From Podarcis bocagei (Eukaryota), in NCBI GenBank assembly GCA_964188305.1, contig OZ076887.1: 64,000 bases of DNA. The stretch is one strand, 5' to 3'. Shown piece by piece: positions 47,555 through 64,000 of this stretch. A program made the position numbers and the translations under genes. The notes under the pieces are model-generated. The model had not been told where the DNA came from, did not search any database, and was given only the letters and a program-made list of their open reading frames with translations. The first letter of the stretch is position 1. Each line of letters begins with the position of its first letter.

Positions 47555-47670
47555 GTCCCTATAGCAACTCCAATCAGATGCAAGCATTCTGTGCCACTCT
47601 GAGTTCTGCTAGCCTGTGATTGGTCCTTGGTTTCTTTAGTATTTCTACAGCACAAGATGACAGAACCAAT
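47555..47670 (-). promoter_or_regulatory. PPIL6 proximal promoter: RFX X-box plus three CCAAT boxes
   Basis: GTCCCTATAGCAAC 47555-47568; CCAAT 47570-47574, ATTGG 47619-47623, CCAAT 47666-47670; 100-210 bp upstream of the ATG. Confidence 0.6.
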
Positions 47671-49587
47671 CACCTTGTAGCTTGTGAGTGATCGTAAGTC
47701 CGATGTTGGGGAATGTTATACATTGTTCAGATTTTCCACCTTCTCTCTTTATAATAATTCTCATGTTGTACAGGTGACAGTGCCGTGACATATTAAGTTT
47801 TGCCTAGCAAAGTGAGATCTATAAAAATGGTCTAAAGTCTCATACAAGTATTGCAGATATCCCCCTTGTTTTTATTGGGTAACTATTTATGGCAATATTT
47901 TGTATTAATTTATAAACCCTTAAAAAAAAAGAACTATTGCAGTTGCCAGTGATCTTAGAATAGCAGATAAGAGCTACTATGATGAATTTCTTTTGGCCCT
48001 GCTGTACTTCAAATCACGGCCCTACTTAAATGCTTAGATATATAAATGGCACATTTATTCTATGTAGGCAGCTTGGAAGAATATAAAATTGACAGAGAGT
48101 ACATTTTAAGTAAGTAAAATATTTATGTACAATTTATTTTGATAGCTGCATTCTTGTTGTACATTTTTGCCATGCAGTCATAATTTATACATTTATAGTA
48201 TACCACTTTAATCAGTAATGATTCCTAAAAATCCTGGCAACTGCAGTTCGTTAAGGGTCCTGAGAGTTGTCAGGAGACTCCTGTTCCACTCCCAGAGCTA
48301 CAATTCTCAGAGTGGTTTAGCAATCAATCCCTGTTCCCAGGGAACAATGTGACACATTAAGCACATGAAAGTATTCCAGGGTAAAGCAAAAATAATAATA
48401 AAAAAAATCATTTTAATGCTTTTACAGTTATTAGAACCAGTTTTCTGGATAACTCATAACTTTATTTATTCTTGTAGCAAATATCTAGGTTGTAGATGCG
48501 TAACATTATTTTCCATTATTGGAAATATGCAGAAGCAAGTCAAATGAATGTTACTTTTGTAATTGGATGATTTTATAAAATAACATTGCTTTACCTTTAA
48601 TTTTATGTAAATATGATTTCTAGATTTATGTGCTTCTAATTCATACTGCAGGAGCATAATCAGAAAATCTGACTGGGGGAAAAGGTTGACACAAACAGGA
48701 TGCAAATGAGCTCCTGGCTAGGAAGAAGTGTTAGAAGCATGCAGATAAACTACACAGAGAAAAATGCTAGAAGGCTGAATTTATGCATTGTTTTTATTTT
48801 AAAGGAGAAACAGTTCCATTTCACATACAAGAGTAAATATGTATAAGCATGAAAATTTAACCCTTAACTGAGGAAACAGTATTATTTCCTTCACCTAGTG
48901 AATTATTTTTGCAACTGCATCCGTCACAACAGAATTATAAAGTCAGAGGAAGAACTGTTACAATTTGGAAATTTATCCCCCAGAAATTTTTTCTTTCTTT
49001 TCCAACTTTCGCTCTTTGAATTTTTTAAAATAACATTCTTTTTTAAAAAATCCATTTAAACTTTGATATTTATGTTGTATTTTTACTGTTACCAATTAAA
49101 GAGTTATAGTTTTTAAGAAACCTGTTGAGATTTGTGCCATCTTAAATCTTTGATTATGAAACCATTTTTAACCTAGAATAAAAACAGTATTGTGTTCTCA
49201 AGGCAAAATATGAAGCTGTGTTTAAAATTTAAATATGTGATTAAGGTATCCTGCACTTATTTCTAGCATTTTAAAGTAATAATGTTGTTTTGCAGAGATG
49301 ATGAATGTTCATTCTCATCTTTTTTTTTTTGCTGTAAAAGCTTTTCTGTTGTAAAAGCTAAGGCACAGAAAGTTTACAATTTGGCTATAACTATACTATC
49401 GGCAGAGTGACTAACTGAATCAAAGATTGTTAATAGCTTATTCTCATCATCACATTATATCACCTTCATAAGAAGAGCATGTTTGAATGTTTACAGAAGG
49501 AACATTCTTATGTAATACCAGCAATCTGTGGTAAGGTCCTTACTACACTCCCCAAGGTTTTTGTATTTACTTCACTAGACAGGACAG

Positions 49588-49611
49588 CTCTCTCTCTCTC
49601 GCGCGCGCGCT

Positions 49612-49656
<45 letters not shown>
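49588..49656. repeat. Compound microsatellite (CT)n(CG)5(CT)2(GT)~21
   Basis: Read directly. Confidence 0.95.
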
Positions 49657-49657
<1 letters not shown>

Positions 49658-50819
49658 CACAGAGAGGCGTTCTGGACACATTCCTCCACGGTAGTGAAGA
49701 GGAGGATTTGATTGTGTAGCTTCACATATGCATCACCGCATGGTCTCTGGGCAAAAGTGAGTAACGTGACAAAAACAGTCAAAAGATGCACTGATTGCTA
49801 GTGACACATTTTTGGTGCCCACCGTATTGCAGAGAATAGGTACATGGGTGATTGCAAACATGATATGACATAATATTTGTCCTTAACTTTGGCTGTGTCA
49901 AAAGCACCTCCCCTTAACACAGCTTAGCACCACATCCAACCGTTAAGCATGGATAACACAAGGGTGCCAAGATAACCTGGAAGGTTCTACTTCCAACATT
50001 GATAGTATTATTCCACTGGTGCAGACAATGCTGTTGAAGCTTCCTTATGGTCAATTGTATCAGATTTACTTCCAATCTCCCAGAAGAATGGTGGTTGGAT
50101 GTGCAAACTGTTGTGCAAGCTGGACCAAGAAATGAAAAAGCAGAGGCCAAATGCACATCAAAATGTTTATCAGAGGGTGGCTATCTGCCAACAGTGCATT
50201 ATTGAAGTAGAATATGAATTCCTCTCCACAACAAGCAGAACTAGACTATGGTCTATTTCAGGTCCAGTAAAACAGTGGTTTAGCGGACTGAGAATGAATG
50301 TTATGTCTTCACGTTCCCTCGCCAATGCTTAAACAACTGTGTCCGAGTTCATAATCAGAAACTGTCATTTAAGAAATCCCAGAAGCATTGCATTAAGATG
50401 CAAGAGAGAAAATAGGATGGAAGAGGGGGATACACAGTCACAACACTTGTTGATCTAATAAACCATGGCTTACTGTTGAATTTGAATTAGGCCTATATAC
50501 AACTAGAGTTGAATCATGAATTGAATCGGCAAAGCCTAATGTAAAACCCAAACAAGAAAAACAATTTTCTTTAAGCCTGTAGGTGGCACTTTTCAGGATG
50601 GCCTGTCCACACGTGGTCAGAAGTCCAACTTTACTCTTCCATCGTTTTGAAACTACACACATATGCTTATACATCAAGACAAATCTTAAAACTGGATTGG
50701 AAATTGTGGTTTAACTGGCAATATTGCACATGTATTCGCACATATAAAATGGCAATATGTATGTTCCAGCTTGCCATTGTAATGCACATAAATAAGCACA
50801 ACTGCTTTTTCATGGGAAA

Positions 50820-50852
50820 GGAAGGAAGGAAGGAAGGAAGGAAGGAAGGAAG
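50820..50852. repeat. (GGAA)n microsatellite
   Basis: Read directly. Confidence 0.9.
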
Positions 50853-51283
50853 AAGAAAATAATTCCTCTGTAGATATCCAAGAGCAAAGTAGAACTCTGA
50901 AAACAAGCACATAATTATACAGTGCATGATCCAGGAGAAATTAATTTTTACATCCCATCAGCTTAAATGGGAGCAAGTGAAAAGCTCTTTTCCACTGAAA
51001 CAGCTAAAATGGTTAGATCCCACCAATAACTATTGCAGTAACTATTGCAGTTCAGGCAAAGTAACTATTGCAGTTCAGGAAAAATAGGCATGAGTCTTGA
51101 CTATGAAATCACCCTATCAATATATATTTAAGTTAAGAAAACATAAAAATAAAAAATACTCAGCTTTACAATAAAGTGAACCATCAGTATTACCAAAATG
51201 CAAACTTAAATAGATGAAATATGACTTGGTTTGACGTCATTTCACTTTTGATAAATAAATAAAGAAGCAAAACAGCCCTTATT

Positions 51284-58549
<7,266 letters not shown>

Positions 58550-58814
58550 TGTTGCTATAAAGAGAAGAAAGGTTGAGAAACACTGCTGTGATTCAAGGAG
58601 CTTCTTCATGATTGGAAAAGTTCTTGTGTATGCACATGGGGCAATTACAGAACACCACACAGAGCATTAACTGCTGTTCTGGAGGATTCCCAAATCTCCT
58701 AATGTAGCTTGGAAGTTAGCTTTTTTATCTCTCCCTGTTGGTTTGGATGCATGGAGTATTCCTCCATGAAGATAGGAAGCTGCATTGTACTCAGTTAGAC
58801 TATCAGTCCATCTG

Positions 58815-58945
58815 TTTAGGGAAGTTTTTAATGTCAGGTGTTTTATTGTGTTTTTAATATTCAGCCGCTCAGAGTGGCGGGGGAAACCCAGCCAGATGGG
58901 TGGGGTATAAATAAATTATCATCATCATCATCATCATCATCATCT
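58815..58945 (+). mobile_element. Short 3' end of the same LINE family with (TCA)n tail
   Basis: Similarity to 23520-23630. Confidence 0.55.
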
Positions 58946-60099
58946 AGTTCAGTATTATCTACACCAACTGGCAGCATTTGTTCCGGTCTTCAGAAAGGAT
59001 ACTTTGCTTGGGTAGCTATACTTTTAAAAATAAATGTAGTAATTTACTAAGGAAACTATTCATATTGATCAAGCATTCTTCTGCTTAGAATTCGCTATTC
59101 CTGTTCCCAATAAAGGACCATGAGACAAAGTAATTCTGTTATAAATAATGTCTCTAAAGCAGCCTAAGGTTCATCTGGTCCAATGTTTTATTTCTATTAG
59201 CAGAAGGCCAGAAATTCTCAAACAGAGCTTGATGGTGACAGAATTAGTTGCCCCAGCATCTATACTTGAACATGGGGACTACACTTGGCTTTTATGGCCA
59301 ATACCCAACGACCAACTCAACTACTATGAATTTCTCTATGCACTAAAGTATTCAAGTATTTCTTGCATTCATGGTAAGAAATGCTTACCCTAGAAGACAG
59401 AGTGTTGTAAGGAAAATAGTAGCATTAATACTGTATGCCAGAAATGGACGTAGCCTTTATCTGCAGTCATCTGCATGTGCCATCTACTCACAATACCATC
59501 ACTAAGAACATCAAAGATATCAAGTTCTACGCATTCCCCCCAAAAAAATTTATATCACAGTTCCATAAAGACAACAAGAGTATGCTAAAGTTCCTTCCAA
59601 TGAACTTGTTCCAGGAGGGAAATATCTCACTAATGAAAGAACAGGCAAAACTAATTTTCTCCCTTATTATTCTCTAAACTCCTCCCACCTAATGACTTCC
59701 ATTGACAACCAATGAGAAAAACAAAAACAGAAGAAAAGGGAGTTATAATGATGATGATGATAGCAGAAAGATAAGGAACCGGAAAAGGGAGTAAACTTGC
59801 CCATTCTTTTCTCTCCTCTCTCCAGGCAGAGGTGTCTGTGTGGGAAGAAATCAAAATTCTATCCTCTGTCCCTTTTTACTTTTCTTGACAATAAGCAGAA
59901 GTTCAACAGGTGATGCTTCTTCCATCACGGCGTGGAGATGCCAAATACTAGAAAGGCTCCACTTGGCGAATTCCTACTTCTTGGGCGATTATTAATTTAA
60001 AAGACGCAAGAGCCTTGCCAGGAAAGACAGCGCTGGCAGCCCAGCCCCACACCAGAAATTGCTGTCAACTAGGAGCAGGACAAGGGACCACCCTGACTG

Positions 60100-60700
60100 G
60101 GAAAGAGTGGCAGGCGCAGGAGCATGGAGGGAAAGGGGAGGGGGGAGGCAGAGCCCTCCTCGGTGGAGACAGTTATCAGCGCTTCAAAGGGAAGGCAGAC
60201 TCACCACGCGCGAAAGAGGCTCCGGACCCCGAGCCCCGTGACAGGCAGTTGAGCAAGAAGCCGAACGCGCAGGCCAAAAGCGGCAGCCGCGCATCCCGGA
60301 AGTGACGCTAGCGCGGAGCAGGAAGTGGGTCAGAAATCCAGCGCGCGGCAGTGGGCGGAGCAAGAGAGGAAGTTCGCTGCGCTGGACGGGAGCGGCGGGG
60401 GAGACTCCGGAGGGCGCAGGCGGCTCGGATGGTTCGTATGCTGCTCTCAGGCAGTCAAGCGGGAGCTGGCCGCGGAAAGGAGGCACGTCTGGCGTATTGC
60501 TGCACCGGCAGGGATAAGTCAAGGGCGGGCGTCCCGTCCTCTGCCGCTTCCTTCCCCGAAATTGGACGGCACAAGGCAGCTGAGTGTCACTTGCTCTCCT
60601 GCAAAAGCAGACGTGGAGGCGGCAAGGAGCAGCAAGCCTTGCCTCCACGTTTGTTCGTCTCTCGGGTACGGATCGGACTTGATTTACGTATAAGCTAAAC
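60100..60700 (-). promoter_or_regulatory. CpG island / ZBTB24 promoter with non-coding exon 1 (donor after 60205)
   Basis: CpG-rich; GTG|GTGAGT donor on minus at 60205/60204; CCGGAAGTGACG at 60296-60307, further GGAAGT motifs and a GC box. Confidence 0.8.
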
Positions 60701-60831
60701 AAGCTATAGCTTAGGGCCCTACTCTCTTGCCCCCCCCAAACGAAAATAACCTCGATGTACATTACCAAAATATCAGATAAAAAAACAAATAAAACCTACA
60801 TAAAGTTGTGTAGGCTCCTATGATGTAAGTA

Positions 60832-61046
60832 CAGTGATACCTCGGGTTACAGACGCTTCAGGTTACAGACTCGGCTAAGCCAGAAATAGTACCTTGCATT
60901 AAGAACTTTGCTTCAGGATGAGAACAGAAATCGTGTTGCGGCAGCGGGAGGCCCCATTAGCTAAAGTGGTACCTCATGTTAAGAACAGTTTCAGGTTAAG
61001 AACGGACCTCCGGAACGAATTAAGTTCTTAACCCGAGGTACCACTG
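60832..61046. mobile_element. Same MITE family, upstream of ZBTB24
   Basis: TIRs (one mismatch) and TA TSD. Confidence 0.9.
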
Positions 61047-61674
61047 TAATGGGTCCCGCCTGCCAGCGTGCTCCCTAAAATATCACTGGTTTGCTCATTT
61101 CTATATATAGGGTGTCTACATTCTGCATGGACTGGTTGCATGGCAACATGTGAAAATAGCTTTAGATACCTGTTAGGTCCATAAATTACCATAAAGCATA
61201 TATTCAACACAAAAAACAGTGACAATTTGTCGTTGACAAAGGACAGTTGGACATATAAAGGGCCCCATTACCTTCAGTAGCTTAGGGCCTCATCAAACCT
61301 AAATCCGGCCTGGGACTTGCCGCACCACCCAGTGCTGGTGAGTAAGCGAGAGATGGGATAAGCTACCTCTGCTCGTGGCTGGAAGGATTGGGGCCCCACT
61401 CGCTCTTGTTGTGGGCCAACAGGGAGGATTGGAAGCGCTGGACTCGTTCATTGCCGCTGCCACCATCCAAATGGGGGGTGCGGCCAAAGGGAGCAAAGGA
61501 GCAGGAGTCAGAGCTATATAGCAGGTTAACCAAATAAGTGACTATCCAGACAACGTTGCTTACACATCATGCTCAAGCGAGACATCTTGATGCTAGAAAG
61601 TATACAGGAAAAACCACTTGTTTAAATCCTAGTCTTGGCTGATGTTAATTCTTTGGTCACAGGAGAATCTTGTA

Positions 61675-61916
61675 CAGTGGTACCTCGGGTTACATATGCT
61701 TCAGGTTACATACACTTCAAGTTACAGACTCTGCTAACCCAGAAATAGTACCTTGGGTTACGAACTTTGCTTCAGGATGAGAACAGAAATCGTGCTCCAG
61801 CGGCGCAGCAGCAGCAGGAGGCCCCATTAGCTAAAGTGGTGCTTCAGGTTAAGAACAGTTTCAGGTTAAGAACGGACCTCCGGAATGTATTAAGTATGTA
61901 ACCAGAGGTACCACTG
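61675..61916. mobile_element. Same MITE family, upstream of ZBTB24
   Basis: TIRs and TA TSD. Confidence 0.9.
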
Positions 61917-62887
61917 TAGTTGCTGAGCTGGGAGGCTAAGCATAAAGGCATTACTTGGAAACAAGCGCAACTGAAATCCCTTTATATAAGACCAGAAAAA
62001 GTGATAACCCACCACCAAAACACTGTTTAATGGGGAAGTCCCTGAACGGGAGGTTGATGGGAATGGTTCAGCTCAGACACTAATTTGCTACTTCATCGAA
62101 AACAGGTTTATCAAGTACAGCAAAAGATGCCACATCTTCTAAGAAACATCTGATTTCCCACTTCTATAAAGAAGGAATTGCGTGAAGGGAGATGCAGGCA
62201 GGTGCAGTCTCTTTCATCTGAGAACCTATTCAAAGTATCTCAGTGTGTTTGTTCCGCCATATATGAACACAGTTCATATATTGACTGCATATTGACCGTT
62301 CATATACTGTATTGACAATTGACTGCATTTCTTAGATGTGCCCACACATGAAATAGCATGCTAAGTGGCTCTCGTTCCTTAGAAGATTTACACATGCAGA
62401 AGTAAAATGACCACCCTGTTCACAATACTATGCAGAAGGGCAAAATAAAATTATTTACTAATAACTCTTCAGAATCAGTATGCAGCAAGCAATGGGTATT
62501 AGTTGAATATTGTTTAATTTCAATTAAATATAGGTAGAAGTTAATTCTTCATAAAGAATAAAGATAAAAAATCACTAATTACAGAAGACCAAAAGCATGC
62601 TCTCAGTGGCTTTATAATAAAATACATTACATTTAAATATCTGCATTAACAGCATTAGAGAACAATAGTTTTAGATTGAATATTTTTCAATGACAGCAAA
62701 ATAATTAAAAACCAATTATATTTTAGTATTAGTTGCAGAATATATGAGTAAATTGCAAATTGTCCCATTAAAATGCATGAAACTATAGGACTTTTGTTTA
62801 TGTTGCTGAGGCTGTTACGCTAGATCCATCATTTATTGGGCACAAAAACCAAAAGAATTTAACATTCAAATGTGAATATATTCCAGG

Positions 62888-64000
62888 CTAATGAGAGGTT
62901 GGATCCACATCTTTGAGAGACAAAAAGGTATGTAATTTGTGATCAAAGTCAATAGGTCGATTCTGAGGCTCTTTATACCTCTGGGTCATTTTGATTCCCA
63001 GGTATGGGATAAGTTCACAATGATCTATGAAGCGTTCCAACTTCCTCTTGTACTTCTTTCGTATATAATCAGAGCTCTTGGGGTTATATGCTGCAGGAAG
63101 TTAAATAATACCGATTATGCCATATCACTTGTACTTCTTAATTCATTGTGCAATTATACAACACCTAAGGACATATTATAGAATTATTTATGCAACATCA
63201 AGTGCCTACAAGATCTCCACACTGAATCCCTATCTACATTACTGTTAACAGTGATGGTGCAGTTGCTTCTAACTAGAAATCCAGATTTTAGGTACAGTGT
63301 CTAACTTAGTTATCTAGTGGCCAAAACTACATGTGATGGAGGTAGATCCATGTAGGTCTGCACCATTAACATGCAGAAGAAGGGGTAGATGTGCAATTTA
63401 AAGAGTCAAAAGCAGTGCATAGGTATTGGATGTCAAATCCTTCCTGCACCCCACACCTGTGCTTCCAGCTGGGCTGCTTCTTGAAGCCAGGTGTAAGAAA
63501 AGTATCTGGAGGGATGAATTAAGAGGGCCAGGTAGGAGAAGGATTCAGCACCCATCGCCCCCACTTTCCACTTTAATGGGGCAGGCCCATATCTAAAGAC
63601 ATGGGGTTGTATCCAGTGTAGTGTGCTTTGTGAATGTTCTGTCAGAGCAAGGATTTCTGCTAGCACAACAGAACCCTACCCTGTCACTTCTAGTTTGATC
63701 ATAGACTATTCTAGCATGAATGTGTCCAGCTTGCAGGAGAATAGCCTTCCACTCGCATAAAGGGATTTCTCCTATCCCAACACTCCTTCCCATGCCCCCC
63801 AAATCTCTCCTGGAGGGTTGAATGGGAGATCTTATTGCATGAGCAGAACTCTGCTTGCATTGACTTGTGTCACCATGTATGTTTAACAAAAGATCAATGT
63901 CAAAAATATAAACTAATTTTTATTTTATTTTACTTCATACTATAATAGCACAGGTTTTACTGTACCTTTCAAATGATAGGCTATGAACAGCAGAGCAGTC
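62888..64000 (-). CDS. AK9: Adenylate kinase 9, last two exons (gene continues beyond window)
   Basis: Exon end 64000-63966 (TALLFIAYHLK, gtacag donor) spliced to 63090-62888 (AYNPKSSDYIRKKYKRKLERFIDHCELIPYLGIKMTQRYKEPQNRPIDFDHKLHTFLSLKDVDPTSH*). Matches the AK9 C-terminus as I recall it and the expected synteny. AATAAA at 62837-62832. Confidence 0.9.

Noticed and set aside
58550-58660. N-terminal extension of ZBTB24 in the ORF track
   Set aside because: It runs through the polypyrimidine tract and AG acceptor at 58556-58555, so it is intronic.
60015-60768. Overlapping ORFs suggesting a divergent gene
   Set aside because: CpG-island artefact; no recognisable protein or downstream + strand exons.

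Overview
Eukaryotic genomic DNA from a squamate reptile, probably a lacertid-type lizard (judged from Sauria SINEs, BovB, CR1 and lizard-type MITEs). It is orthologous to human 6q21. I spliced five genes by hand from GT-AG sites and reading-frame continuity. On +: the 3' part of an intact CCDC162-like coiled-coil gene (17 exons, 549-17777). On -: complete CD164/endolyn (6 exons, 198 aa), complete PPIL6 (8 exons, 300 aa), complete ZBTB24 (6 coding exons, 735 aa, plus a candidate non-coding exon 1) and the last two exons of AK9. SMPD2 and MICAL1, which lie between PPIL6 and ZBTB24 in human, are not here. CpG-island promoters occur at CD164 (two perfect CLEAR motifs) and ZBTB24 (ETS-CRE composite); PPIL6 has a CpG-poor RFX/CCAAT promoter. 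Most short ORFs in the track are spurious. I found no evidence of a wholly new multi-gene system. The best leads are regulatory or evolutionary: the synteny gap, the intact CCDC162, CD164 without mucin domain I, a recursive-splice-type exon, an unexplained 81-nt hairpin, miRNA sites, and a SINE-donated E-box/ETS motif.
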